Counted from the first letter of the stretch, positions 35,082 to 46,489 are shown. The stretch: 64,000 nucleotides of DNA from an uncultured Methanomicrobiaceae archaeon (GCA_963826525.1 CAWGXH010000003.1:320001-384000), one strand, 5' to 3'. The notes: generated from the letters alone by a model not told the origin. A program made the numbers and translations.

Positions 35082-35798
35082 TCACAGAATCCCTCTCCCC
35101 GACGTGATCAGCCGGTCGCTGACGTCCGCCTGGATGATCTCGGGGAGAGAGCCCCACCGCATGACCTGCTCGCCGAGGATCGCGAGCACCCCGGTTACTG
35201 CCGATCCGGGGAGCGCGGCGAAGGCCTGGTCGTCGTCGGCGCCTATCCTGTTGCAGAGCCCGGTCGCCCAGGCGTCCGCCGCCGCAACGTCGGGTGAGAA
35301 GACGATGACGGCATCGGCGACGCCGAAACTGACGGACGGGCCGACGGTTGCGGACGACGTGCAGATTCCGAGGATCCCGTTCGGGGGCGGGACGACGAAG
35401 GCGAAACGGCTTGAGAGGGGCGAGTCTCCCGCGTAGATGCCGACCCGAACCGGGCGGTCGGCCATGAGCGCGATATCGCCGCCGTTGTCGACGATACCGA
35501 ACGCTGCCCCCGCTTCCTGCATCGCCTCGACCCCGGCCCACGCTATCGTCCCGGCGACCGCGGCCATCGGGCCGACGCCGGCGGCATACCCGGCACGCGC
35601 CATCCGGGTAACCGTCCTGGCTTCGGATGCCGGCAGGTAAGGCTCGAAGGTGGCGGCAAAAAAGGGATCGACGGTGATATGCCGCTCAAGCTCCTGCCGT
35701 GCGGCGAGCATCCCCTCTTTTGCAGCCTCAATATGAGGTTGCTTATCTCCGAGGATGGTCGCTATCGTCTCGCGAAACTGGAAATGTTCGCGGATCAT
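35082..35798 (-). CDS. UPF0280 / ApbE-like protein (COG2122)
   Basis: VGPMAAVAG, VDNGGDIA and CTSSATVGPSVSFG.AD motifs. Confidence 0.9.
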   Translation of the reverse strand: MIREHFQFRETIATILGDKQPHIEAAKEGMLAARQELERHITVDPFFAATFEPYLPASEARTVTRMARAGYAAGVGPMAAVAGTIAWAGVEAMQEAGAAFGIVDNGGDIALMADRPVRVGIYAGDSPLSSRFAFVVPPPNGILGICTSSATVGPSVSFGVADAVIVFSPDVAAADAWATGLCNRIGADDDQAFAALPGSAVTGVLAILGEQVMRWGSLPEIIQADVSDRLITSGRGIL

Positions 35799-36193
35799 TG
35801 CTGCTGGGAGAGCGCCTGGTGCGGGCATGCCCTGATGCACTTCCCGCAGAGGACGCAGAGCCCTTCCCGGAGGTGTATCCGCCATTCTTCATCGAAGTAG
35901 AAGACCTTCTGGGGGCAGATACCGATGCAGACGCCGCAGTCGATGCACTCCGCCTCGTCCCTGACGATGGCGTCCTCAAGCGAGCGGACGGTGATCCCCA
36001 TCTCTTCCATGCGCCGCCGGATGAGGTCTGCGTCGGCGTCCGGCACGTCGATTAAGACCTCGCCTGCCGTCGAGTTGATGTTGGCCTTCTCGACGTTGAT
36101 CAGAACGCCGGTCTCCTTGACGAGGCTCGCGATAACCGGTTGCCGGCCCGGGTCTTTCTCGCTCCTCCTGCAGAAGGTCAGCAGGAGTTTCAT
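35795..36193 (-). CDS. NIL-domain 2x[4Fe-4S] ferredoxin (homocysteine synthase partner)
   Basis: NIL-like N-terminus; CIDCGVCIGICP and CVLCGKCIRACP. Confidence 0.9.
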   Translation of the reverse strand: MKLLLTFCRRSEKDPGRQPVIASLVKETGVLINVEKANINSTAGEVLIDVPDADADLIRRRMEEMGITVRSLEDAIVRDEAECIDCGVCIGICPQKVFYFDEEWRIHLREGLCVLCGKCIRACPHQALSQQQ

Positions 36194-37700
36194 CGCTGCC
36201 ACCTCCCGCCGAAGAGCTTCCCGAGATCGATCGCCGAGAGGATGCCGACGACCCGGTTCTCCGTATCCACGACCGGGAGTGCGCTGATATTATTCTTCTC
36301 GAGTTTCTGCGCTGCGATATCCACGGGCTCCTCCGGGGTGGCCTTGATCACCCGCTTCGTCATGATATCCCGGACCAGACGGTGTTTGCCGTCGCCGACG
36401 ACGGCCTTCGAGACGTCGTAGGTCGTCACGATCCCGACCAGCACGCCGCTTTTGTCGAGAACGGGCAGGTGGTTCGTCTCCCCTTTGAGCAGTTTCCGCG
36501 CGGCCGTCCGTATCTCCTCGTCTTCGGTGATGCTGACGACCTTCTTGTTCATGATCTCCCTGAACGCGGGGTGCCCGTGCGGTCTCCCGCATCGGATGCG
36601 CTTTTCTGGTCGGGCTGATCCGCCGGGTGGGGAGCGCGAGCTCCATGCTCCCTGCCTCGATCCATCGTTTCAGTTCGGCCGCAACCTCCCGGGCTTTCCG
36701 GTAGCTCGAGAGCGACGAGGTCTGTATCGTCTCGCCTCCTATCTCGATGCTGCCGCTCTTCGAGCTCCGCATAACTGACTGTTTTGAGCGACGGGCGGTC
36801 GCGCCTCGGCACACTGTAGTCGATGACGTCGGTCAGGATATCCTCGTCCCGGACCGCCGTGCTCCTGACGGTTTCGATGTCGATGACCGGGATGGGGACG
36901 CCGACGCCCACGTAGAGGGTCACGCCGTATCCGTTCATCACCGCGGCACGCAGGTACTCCTGGCGCATCTGTTTCATATCCCCCGTCACCATCAGCGTCC
37001 CGAACCCGGCTCCGGCGGAGTGCTGCGTGCCTTCGCCGATAACCATCCCCTGCGCTCCACCGAGGAAGATCGGCACGCCGCTGCCGATGAGGCGGAACTG
37101 CGGGTCGTTCGGAAGCGGGGAGAGAGCCCCGGCGCCCGAGTAGGTGATGTTGCCGCACTTCGGGAGCAGCGTTCCCATGTAGGTTGAGAGGGTGCGGTCG
37201 GTCGTGTTTATCGCGGCGTTGTAGCGCTGGTAGGAGTTTCGGGGGTTGACCATGATCGCCTGGTTCAGCTCCTCGAGGAGGAGCTCGGTGGTGATCGTGC
37301 GCCGCGGGTAGCAGTCGGTCCCATGTGACGTCGCCCGGAGTTCGACGGTGTTCCCGGCAACCAGATCCTCAAGGACATGGGCGCCGCCGTACGTATCGCC
37401 GAGGCTCGCAGAACCCTGTGTCGCTCCCAGGTATGCATCGACCGCGGCTATCCCGCCGTAGGCCTCCACGTCGTTGAGCCAGACCCGCTGCATCCGTATC
37501 GGGGGATCGGCGTGCCCAAAGTTGAAGAACGCGCCTGACGAGCACATTGCCCCGAATGTTCCTGTCGTGACGACATCGACCTCGTTAAGCGCTCCCTCCT
37601 CCCCGAGTTCGTCGACGATGGCGGGCATCTCTTCGGCCGTGACGACCCGGACATTGCCATCGCGAATTCGGGAATTGATGATCTCGAGGGACTTTTCCAT
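36190..37700 (-). CDS. DUF39-CBS homocysteine biosynthesis protein (frameshifts near 36770 and 36560)
   Basis: VDVVTTGTFGAMCSSGA, PRNSYQ.Y and GEGTQH motifs; C-terminal CBS pair. Confidence 0.9.
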
Positions 37701-37792
37701 GCGTATATGTCCTCTCAAGAATATTTATAGGTGTTGGCTATTACTTTGGGTAATATGACGTCTTTTATCCCATGATTGCACAGGAGTACGTA

Positions 37793-38503
37793 ATGGAGAT
37801 TGGCAGGTTTATTCAGGAGATGGAACGAGTTGCCCCCCCGGGCCTCGCCGAGGAGTTCGATACGGGGCGGATCGGGCTCATCGTCGAGGGGAAACCGGAG
37901 ATCGAGACGGTCGCTACCGCTCTCGACGCCACGCCGGCCGTCGTCGACCGGGCCATCGCTCTCGGGGCGGATATGCTGGTCGTGCACCACACCCCCCTCT
38001 GGCAGCCGGTCAACGCTGTCAGGGGCGGGACGATGCGTCTCCTCCGCCGGATCCTCGGTGCCGACCTGAACGTCTACGTCATGCACACGAACTTCGACCG
38101 TGCCCCGGGCGGGGTCAACGATACGCTCGCCTCGATCCTCGGGCTCGAGAATGTCGCTCCCCTCTCGCTCGGACTCGTCGGGGATACGCACCTTTCTCTC
38201 GAGGAACTGGCACGGCGGCTTTCGCCCGGGGGCTTGCGGGTCTTCGGCGAAGCAGGCCTCCCGGGCAGGCTCGCCGTCGTCGGCGGAAGCGGGTTTGATC
38301 CGGTGATCATCGACGAGGCGGCGGCCCACGGAGCGGACGCATTCCTCTCCGCCGAGCTGAAGCACAGCGTCGCCCGTAGCGCCCCTATCCCCTGCATCGA
38401 GGCGACGCACTACGCCCTCGAGGCGCCGGCGATGGAGGCACTTGCATCCCGCATGAGCTGGCATTTTATCCCCGATCCGCCAAACGTGGTACTGCTGCCA
38501 TGA
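37793..38503 (+). CDS. Nif3-like dinuclear metal-centre protein
   Basis: ALDAT, VVHHT, MHTNFD, GGSG and THYALE motifs. Confidence 0.9.
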   Translation: MEIGRFIQEMERVAPPGLAEEFDTGRIGLIVEGKPEIETVATALDATPAVVDRAIALGADMLVVHHTPLWQPVNAVRGGTMRLLRRILGADLNVYVMHTNFDRAPGGVNDTLASILGLENVAPLSLGLVGDTHLSLEELARRLSPGGLRVFGEAGLPGRLAVVGGSGFDPVIIDEAAAHGADAFLSAELKHSVARSAPIPCIEATHYALEAPAMEALASRMSWHFIPDPPNVVLLP

Positions 38504-38817
38504 ACGAACTATGGCCGGGTCTCGACCGGGAGTGCATTCTCGATGCGGAGTATCGCGACCGGATCGTCCGGGAATACAAAGAGCGCGGGCGAAAAGCGCT
38601 CCGGGCGGTGGAAGAAGGAAGGGTGAAACGCTACCTCGACTTCTTCGTCGTCGTCGGGCGAAGCGACGAATACGTCGTGGAGAGCGACTTCTGCACCTGC
38701 AGTGATTTCGTCTTTCGCGGCTGCGAGTGCTGGCACATTCTCGCGGTGCGGATAGCGGAAGAGACGGGGCTCTATGAGTCCTTCGACCTCTGGTATCAGG
38801 ACACATGGAAGCCGTAA
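38500..38817 (+). CDS. SWIM zinc-finger protein
   Basis: FCTCSDF...CWHILAV. Confidence 0.85.
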   Translation: MNELWPGLDRECILDAEYRDRIVREYKERGRKALRAVEEGRVKRYLDFFVVVGRSDEYVVESDFCTCSDFVFRGCECWHILAVRIAEETGLYESFDLWYQDTWKP

Positions 38818-38879
38818 TCGGCCGAGTCCAAACACATTTATCGTTCGCAGAAGAATAGATTATTAATACGTGATTCTCA

Positions 38880-41622
38880 ATGCTCGAAGAAGAATATACG
38901 CTTGACTATTTTAAATCCCAGGGCCTTGAGCGGAAGGTATGCAAAAGGTGCGGGGCGGCGTTCTGGACTCGGGACCCGGAACGGGAGTTCTGCGGAGACG
39001 CTCCTTGCGTACACTACGACTTCATCGGCAGCCCGGTCTTCACCCCCCACACCGTCGACGAGATGCGCGAAGCATTTCTCTCCTTCTTTGAGCGCCACGG
39101 CCACACCCGGCTCGAGCGCTATCCGGTGGCCGCCCGGTGGAGAGACGATATCTACCTGACGATCGCGTCCATCGCAGACTTCCAGCCCTATGTGACGAGC
39201 GGCGTCGTCCCGCCGCCGGCAAACCCGCTGACCATCTCGCAGCCCTGTATCCGGCTCAACGACCTCGACTCGGTGGGCAGGTCCGGCCGCCACCTGACGC
39301 AGTTCGAGATGATGGCGCACCACGCCTTCAACACCAAAAACGAGGAGATATACTGGAAGGACGAGACGGTCGCTCTCTGCGAGGAGTTCATCGCATCTAT
39401 CGGCGGCGATCTCGACGCCGTCACCTATAAAGAGCACCCGTGGATGGGCGGCGGGAACGCAGGGCCTTCCGTCGAGGTGCTCATCGGCGGGCTCGAGGTC
39501 GCGACGCTCGTCTTCATGAACCTCGGGCGGCAGAAGACCGCTCACCCGCCGGTCGAACTCGGAGGAGTTCCCTACTATCCGATGGATCTCCGTATCGTCG
39601 ATACCGGATACGGGCTCGAACGGTTCGTCTGGGCGTCCCGCGGTTCGCCGACGATCTACGATGCGGTCTTCCCCGAGATGGTGAGCCGCCTGATGCACTC
39701 CGCCAACCTCGAACACCTGCTCGATAACGACGAGTTCACGACGATCCTCGGGATGAACGCCCGGTTCGCCGGCGTCATGGATATCTCCGGGCCGAACCTG
39801 GCCATCCTTCGAAGGAGGGTGGCGGAGGCGATCGACGTTCCGATCGAGAAGCTCGAACGGATGATCGGCCCGATCGAGAAGGTCTACGCCATCGCCGACC
39901 ATACCCGGTGCCTCGCCTATATGCTCGGCGACTGCATCGTCCCGTCGAACGTCCGCGAGGGATACCTCGCCCGCCTGGTGCTCCGCCGGACGCTCCGGAT
40001 GATGAACGATCTTTCGATGGAGGAGGATATCGCCGACCTCATCGAGCAGCAGATGCGGACCGTGGGGATGGATGCCTTCGAGCAGGACCTCGACGTTGTC
40101 CGGGAGATCGTTGCGAACGAGGTCGGCAAATACGCGACCACGCTCGAACGCGGAACCCGTACCGTCCAGAAGCTCGCGAAGACCTACACGCAGAAGCACG
40201 AGCCCGTCCCTCTCGCCGAGGTGATCACCCTCTACGATTCTCACGGCATACCGCCCGAGACGGTCAGAGAGGTCGCCGCGGCCGAGGGAGCCGTCGTCGA
40301 GGTGCCCGACAATTTCTACTCCCTGATCGCCGATCTCCACTCCGAGTCGCAGAAGGAGGTAGGAGCGGATCCGCTCGCCGCGTACCGTGAGCGGGTAGAT
40401 TCACTCCCGCCGACGAAGAAACTCTTCTACGACCAGACGGCGGATATCGAGTTCGAGGCGATGGTTCTCGACTACTTCGACGGCTACATTGTTCTGGACC
40501 AGACCCTCTTCTACCCGGAAGGCGGCGGTCAGCCGTCCGATACCGGCACCCTCGTCACCTCGGACAGCATGGTCCGGATCGACGAGGCGATCAAGGTCGG
40601 CGAGGTTATCCTGCACCGCACGAGAGGCGGGGTCCTGAAACGGGGAGAGCGGGTCAAGGGCATGGTCGACGAGGAGCGGCGCTGGTCGCTGATGCGGCAC
40701 CACACGGCGACGCACGTCCTGCTCCACGCCGCGAAGGAGGTGCTCGGAGCACACATCCACCAGGCCGGTGCCCAGAAGGGAAGCGAGACCTCACGGCTTG
40801 ATATCAGGCACTACCGCCACATCACCCCCGAGGAACTGAAGAGGATCGAGGTCCAGGCGAACCGTATGGTCATGGCCGACCTTCCGATCTATATCCGCAC
40901 CGAGGAGCGCACCCGGGCGGAGCAGAAGTACGGGTTTACCCTCTACCAGGGAGGCGTGCCTCCCGGACGGGAGATCAGGACGGTGCAGGTCGGCGGAGAC
41001 GTCCAGGCATGTGCGGGGACGCACTGCCGCACGACCGGCGAGGTCGGGCCCATCAAGATCGTCACCGTCGAGCATATCCAGGACGGTGTCGAGCGGATCG
41101 TCTTTGCTGCGGGTGTGGCAGCGATCCACTATATGCAGCACGTTGACGCTCTCCTCAGCAGCGCCGCCGACGTGGTGAGCGTGCAGCCGGAGTATCTCCC
41201 GGCGACCGTGACCCGGTTCTTCTCGGAGTGGAAGGAGCAGAAGAAGGAGATCGAGCGGCTGGCGCAGAAGGTCGTCGAGCTCGAGAAGCAGAATCTCGAA
41301 GGGGAGGTCGTCGGCGGCGTGCAGATCGTGGTCAAACGGATCGATGCGGCCGCCAAAGAGCTCGTCGCGCTTGCGGGCAGCATCTCGGATGCGGGCGGGG
41401 TCGCCCTCCTCGTCGGCGTGAACGAGAAAGCGACCGTCGTTGCGACGTCCGGGAACCCGGCCGTCAACGCGGCGGATATCGTCAGGGAAGTCTCGGGGAT
41501 CCTCGGCGGCCGGGGCGGCGGGAAACCGAACCTCGCACAGGGCGCCGGGCCCGATACTTCCCGCGTCGAGCAGGCGCTCGAGGCTCGGGCGAAAGCAGAT
41601 CATCGAAGCACTCCATGGCTGA
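38880..41622 (+). CDS. alaS: Alanyl-tRNA synthetase (frameshift near 41585)
   Basis: TIASIADFQP, QPCIR, FEMMAHH, DTGYGLER, HHTATH, CAGTH and GGG..AQG motifs. Confidence 0.97.
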
Positions 41623-42292
41623 AGACGTTGTTGTACTCCAATCCGGCGACGAGCGGGCGCAGAGGATCGCCAAAGCCATGGCGAGCCAGACCGCCAACGA
41701 TATGATCCAGGCGTTCGGCGGCAGATCGATGACCTCGACGGAGGTCGCCGGACACCTCAATATCCCGGTGACCACCGCGACCTACCATATCGAGAACCTG
41801 CTCGACGCCGGGATCCTCGAGGTGGCCGATACCCGCTGGAGCAAGAAGGGGCGCGAGGTCAAGATCTACGGCCTCACGAACCAGGTGCTGATCATCGCTC
41901 CGCCGGTGAGCGATCTCCGGTCGGTCCTGCAGAAGTACACGGCGCTTTTCGGTGTCTTTCTCATTATGAGCATGGCGCTTTTCGGCGTCCTCCCCGTCCT
42001 GCTGCCGGACATCGGCGTGCCGGACGACGGCGGCATGCTCTCGACCCGGGGGTCGTACGCGCCGTCTATCGCAGGCGCCGGGGAGAATGCGGAAAAGGTC
42101 GTCAGTACGCCGGCGCCCGTCGACCAGGCGTCCATCGTCCCGCCGGTTCCCTTCGCATCCCTGACGATCCACGATCTCGTGATGGCGTTCTTCTTCGGCG
42201 GGTGCCTGGTGCTGTTTGCCCTGATGCTCTACGAGCTCCACTACTGGTGGCGCTCGTCACCCGGCTACGCCCTCAGGAGAAAAGACGAGTAA
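41615..42292 (+). CDS. ArsR-type HTH regulator with two C-terminal TM helices
   Basis: IAKAMASQTA...YHIENLLDAGI...WSKKGREVKIY; two hydrophobic segments. Confidence 0.85.
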   Translation: MAEDVVVLQSGDERAQRIAKAMASQTANDMIQAFGGRSMTSTEVAGHLNIPVTTATYHIENLLDAGILEVADTRWSKKGREVKIYGLTNQVLIIAPPVSDLRSVLQKYTALFGVFLIMSMALFGVLPVLLPDIGVPDDGGMLSTRGSYAPSIAGAGENAEKVVSTPAPVDQASIVPPVPFASLTIHDLVMAFFFGGCLVLFALMLYELHYWWRSSPGYALRRKDE

Positions 42293-42459
42293 TACTTTTT
42301 TCAGGCTACCGTCGCTCGTTTCCGCTCCCTGACGGGAGATCCGCCCTCTCACGACAGCCCTGATGCGGGTGCTCCAGCCGGCATTGCCCTTCACATTCCG
42401 CAGGTCTCCAGTCAGATATAGTCCAGGAGTTACGCAGTTGGTGCCGTGTTGCATAGAGC

Positions 42460-42491
42460 CCATCAAATCATGACCCTCTCTGATTTGATGG
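42460..42491. repeat. Perfect 11-bp inverted repeat
   Basis: CCATCAAATCA-N10-TGATTTGATGG. Confidence 0.8.
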
Positions 42492-42516
42492 TCCTTCTTC
42501 TCTTCCACGGGTACCC

Positions 42517-44217
42517 TCCGGCAGCGCCTTCATATCTTCAATTCCGAGTCCCTCTTTAATCTATATCGACGGCGTCTACCGCGGTAAGCGCACGCGCCTC
42601 TCGTTCTCAACAACATCCTCGCAGGGAACCACACGATTGAAGCAAGGAAAGATGGGTACACTCCCGCTACCCAGAATCTACGGATCTTTGCCGGGAGTAC
42701 GTCATATGCTCGCTTATATCCGGTTTACGCTGGTGAAAGCGGCACAATTATTGTAAACTCCTCACCCCCCCGGCGCAACCGTATCCGTCGACTGCATACC
42801 GGTCGGATTTACATCAGAGGAGACCGGCATCTTTACTCGAAACTACGTCACCGTCGGATCGCACCTCGTCGACGTGGCAAAAGAAAATTATAGCGCATAT
42901 AACGAACTCGTTTACGTTGCAAACGGCACAACGGTCGTCGTAAATGCGTCTCTCGATCTGGCGGACGACGGCGACGGTCTCAACTTCACCTGATGAAAAT
43001 GGCTTTAGAGACGGCTTCGGCAACTGGCACGTCACCGATCCGAACCTCATCGACACCGACGGCGACGGCCTCTCCGACGGCTACGAGGCGGGATATCTCA
43101 TCACCGTGGGCGGAAAGGATACCACAAGCAGCGGAGCGACCCGAACCTGGTGGATACCGACGACGACGGGCTCGACGATTTCATGGAGGATTACCTGCGC
43201 ACCGACCCGTATGATCCCGAAACCGATCACGATCTCATCAAAGACGGGGAAGACGACGAACCTCTTGTCCCCATATATCTCCGGTATGCAACGGATCGGA
43301 TTCGTGACGAGATTGCGCTCCGGCTCGGTGCCGTCTTCGGAGAAACCGGCCTGAAGGGCGAAGCATGTAACGGATTGATTGGCGGAGACGTTTTTGCATC
43401 CACGCCGGCGTACGTTGCCGGCTGGATCATTTCAGGCCTCGCGGCAATTGGAGACGTCCGTGATTTCCTGTATGCGGCATCGCAATTCGATACTATCGGG
43501 GCAACACTCACCGGGCTGGGTATTGTCCCATACTTCGGCGATTGCGAAAAGACTGCCGCCGATATCGCAAAATGGATCGGAAAATATCCTGAAGGCATAC
43601 GTCCTCTGGCGAAATTGTTGGTCGAACAGAGAATCATTGATATTTTCGACGAGAGTGACCGGCTGAAGATCATCGACGACTTCTTCCCGGCGCGGGCGGA
43701 CGGCGTGAAGGTCGGGACGTATCTGAACACGAGAGTGATGACCTCGGTGTGGACGACCTTGCGAAGATGATGGGCCGCGGCGCCGATCTCTCCGACGTTG
43801 TTCATGTTATCAAGGTTGGAGATGATGCGATACCGCTTACGGCGACGAGGGAAGGCCATTATGTCGCTCGTCACGTTACCGGAACGGAAGGCGTTGATGA
43901 CCCCACCTCGTTTTTCCCGACGACAGAACGCGTCATTAGAAATGGCGAGCCGAACCCGGGTACTTCGTCAATGACGCCGGAGGCTATGCAAGCACAAATC
44001 ATCGACTGGATCAAGGAAGCACTACCTCGGGATCCAACTCTAACTGAGTGGCCAAAACAAAAGAAAATCGTAACTTTGGATCTTGAACCTGAAGTTGCGG
44101 GAGTTGGACGAATACAAATAGTTGTTCAAGGAGATACTGGAGTACATACAGTCATTCCAATACATGGCTCTCAGGTTTATAAGGTACGCTAACGGCCAAT
44201 GGTACCCAACACGGTAG
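42517..44217 (+). pseudogene. Polymorphic toxin gene, 5'-truncated and frameshifted: 2x PEGA, DxDxDG repeats, pre-toxin region, putative RNase C-terminal domain
   Basis: Stitched frames read SSIPSPSLIYIDGVYRG..., VNSSPPGATVSVD..., DTDGDGLSDGYE, DTDDDGLDD, IGDVRD...LGIVPYFGD, GHYVARH..TSFFP, IQIVVQGDTGVHTVIP. Confidence 0.7.
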
Positions 44218-44226
44218 GAGATAACA

Positions 44227-45276
44227 ATGTTCAGAATCGTCTGGGATAAAGAGGATGTCGAGCGGGGAATCAAATCCGGAACCGGCGAAGCCGGCCCCCT
44301 CGGTTTTTTAACGCCTATACAGGTTTACGCGAACGGCGTTGATATGTCGGGGCTTGAAGCAGCTCCAAAAGGAAACATTACCCATTTTGATGGTCTCTTC
44401 TTAGAATTCTTCTACATATTCCATTCCATAGACCCGGAGAACCTGCAGGAAGAGAAGTTCCACATGAGTTCAAGCGTGAAAAACCGTGTTGATGGTGGGA
44501 GTTTCAATCTCTACGTCTATCATGATAAAGAATCTGACATCCTGACTTTGAAATACCGCAACTTCATGCATCCCGAATACCGTATACTGGAGATCCCGTT
44601 GAAAGATTTCACGGAAGGAATCCTTCAATCGGCAACCGAAATGCTTGAAGGGGTATTACGGGTCGCTCCGGAATTTGAGGGTGATGTTAACTATATTGTG
44701 CTAAAAGAGGATATGGAACTCATTCGAAACTGGTATCAGGAGCGGTACGGAACAGCGACCGTTCCACGTCCTCTTATTAAGAGAGGATCTTCCACGAAGA
44801 CGAAAGAGGGGCGCATCCGCTGGATCGGCGTTGAGGATGCTGCCGACCCGGGGATGATCGACTGCGTGCAGAAGATCCTCGACATCACGTATCCCGACGA
44901 TTACCTGGCGTGCGTACAAAAATACTCTCTGGGGTTCCCCTACCCGTACAACATCATCGTCAATGAAAGGCTCAAGGGGGGGAGGAGCCAGTTTGTCCGC
45001 CTCCGTGGTTTTGATCCGGAGAAACCGATGTCGTACGTATTAACCCTCTACTACGCCTTAAATTGCCCGGCACCGGGCATCAATGCTTATCTGCCGGACA
45101 ACGTTGTCCCCTTTGCCGATGCTTTCGGTGACGACAGACTCTGTTTCGATTACCGGGAAGGTTTCCCTCCGAAAGTGGTGGACCGGAAATCTCACGAACT
45201 GGACCCAGATAGATCGGTGATACTTCTCTGCAACTCATTTACGGAGTTGTTTGAGATCATGGAACGGTGCGAGTGA
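44227..45276 (+). CDS. Immunity protein: unknown N-domain fused to SMI1/KNR4 (SUKH) domain
   Basis: GGAG RBS; YPDDY, VVPFADAFGDDRLCFDY and LCNSFTELF motifs; directly downstream of the toxin tip. Confidence 0.8.
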   Translation: MFRIVWDKEDVERGIKSGTGEAGPLGFLTPIQVYANGVDMSGLEAAPKGNITHFDGLFLEFFYIFHSIDPENLQEEKFHMSSSVKNRVDGGSFNLYVYHDKESDILTLKYRNFMHPEYRILEIPLKDFTEGILQSATEMLEGVLRVAPEFEGDVNYIVLKEDMELIRNWYQERYGTATVPRPLIKRGSSTKTKEGRIRWIGVEDAADPGMIDCVQKILDITYPDDYLACVQKYSLGFPYPYNIIVNERLKGGRSQFVRLRGFDPEKPMSYVLTLYYALNCPAPGINAYLPDNVVPFADAFGDDRLCFDYREGFPPKVVDRKSHELDPDRSVILLCNSFTELFEIMERCE

Positions 45277-45284
45277 ATGGCTGA

Positions 45285-45745
45285 ATGACTGGAAGAATGA
45301 GGTGTACCGTGAAAGATATTCAGTGGAGCAATACTGAGGAGAGACGGAACGACTTTGATGAACTGATTCCCTGCATCGAGAAAGCATTTCGTCTGACCCT
45401 GCCGGACGATTTTAAACTCTGTGCGATCGAAAACGGTGGAGGGAGCCCTGTTCCGTGTCGCTTCGACGTCGGGGACGAGAAAGGGAAGACGCTCGTGAGA
45501 CTGTTGAGTCTCGACCCGAGATCGAAGGACTTTTTCTGGAAGCATTATGCAGCCGTGGGATGGTATCCGCGAGGTTATGGCCGGGATCGTACCCGATCGC
45601 GCAGGAGCGGGAAGGCAACTACATTAGCCTGGATTACGAGAAGGGTTTCCCGCCGAGGATCGCGTATGTGATCGGAAGTGTGAGACCCCGGCGGAAAGTT
45701 GTCATATCGGACTCCTTTACGGCGTTTCTGGAGACGCTTTACTGA
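45285..45745 (+). CDS. SMI1/KNR4 (SUKH) immunity protein (frameshift near 45570)
   Basis: IEKAFRLTLPDDF...NGG, YPIAQEREGNYISLDY and ISDSFTAFLETL motifs. Confidence 0.8.
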
Positions 45746-45769
45746 AGCGGAACCCGACGGTGTAGGTGA

Positions 45770-45901
45770 GAGAGGAGAATCCCCACTGGACTGTATTATC
45801 GTGAGATGGTTCCGCCAAACGGTCAGTATATCAGGGTTGCAACGAATCCCGATGGGAGGATCTTATCGGCATACATGGTCAAAAAACTGCCAACGGTGTG
45901 A
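45770..45901 (+). pseudogene. Orphan toxin C-terminal tip fragment
   Basis: Frame with no N-terminus: ...NGQYIRVATNPDGRILSAYMVKKLPTV*, ending 5 nt before the next ATG. Confidence 0.5.
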
Positions 45902-45906
45902 TTCCT

Positions 45907-46374
45907 ATGGAGACTGAAAAAATTAATTTTTGGATCAAGCAGGGATATTTCCACCTCTCATACGGTGAAGTATCTCTCACGCGGAGTAAAAGTGGAAACG
46001 ATCGGATCATGGATTTTTGCGACTATCTGATGGAGGCAATCCACGATGATTGCATCCCACTCCTCCTTCGCGGAGAGACCTGCAGGATCATGCTCCTTGA
46101 CGATCCGCATGTCCTGTTTTTTGTCCCGAAAGGGGATATGGTCACTATCATCCTCGAGTCCGAAGTTACGGAATGGTTTGAACCCAGGAGCGAGTTTACG
46201 GCCCCCATGAAAGAATGGTTCAGGGCGGTACAGCAGGTAACTCTCGACCTGATTCAGGAGATGCAGGATTTTCCGGGGAAATACTATAAACTCGTGCCGG
46301 TTTCATCAATCATCGAGAAATATCATATCACCGAGAAGGTGCTTCGGGAAGCGGGATACCTGAAGGAGGGATAG
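45907..46374 (+). CDS. Putative immunity protein
   Basis: AT-richer ~155-aa ORF right after the orphan tip; FTAPMKEW..AV resembles LEIPLKDF..GI in the 44227 protein. Confidence 0.6.
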   Translation: METEKINFWIKQGYFHLSYGEVSLTRSKSGNDRIMDFCDYLMEAIHDDCIPLLLRGETCRIMLLDDPHVLFFVPKGDMVTIILESEVTEWFEPRSEFTAPMKEWFRAVQQVTLDLIQEMQDFPGKYYKLVPVSSIIEKYHITEKVLREAGYLKEG

Positions 46375-46489
46375 AATTTTTACATCTGCCCGGCAGGACA
46401 CCGGATTGAGCGGACAGCGGAAAGGAGTATGGGAACAGTTCAATTTCCTCCCTGTAAACGAATAACAAACCTCCAAGGATAGGCATCGC

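Noticed and set aside
35082-37700. DUF39-CBS / NIL-ferredoxin / COG2122 cluster as a novel system
   Set aside because: Corresponds to the described methanogen homocysteine and sulfide assimilation genes (MA1821/MA1822/MA1715 families)
41580-41705. alaS read-through or fusion with the downstream ArsR regulator
   Set aside because: Explained by one indel near 41585; the corrected alaS stops at 41622, overlapping the ArsR start
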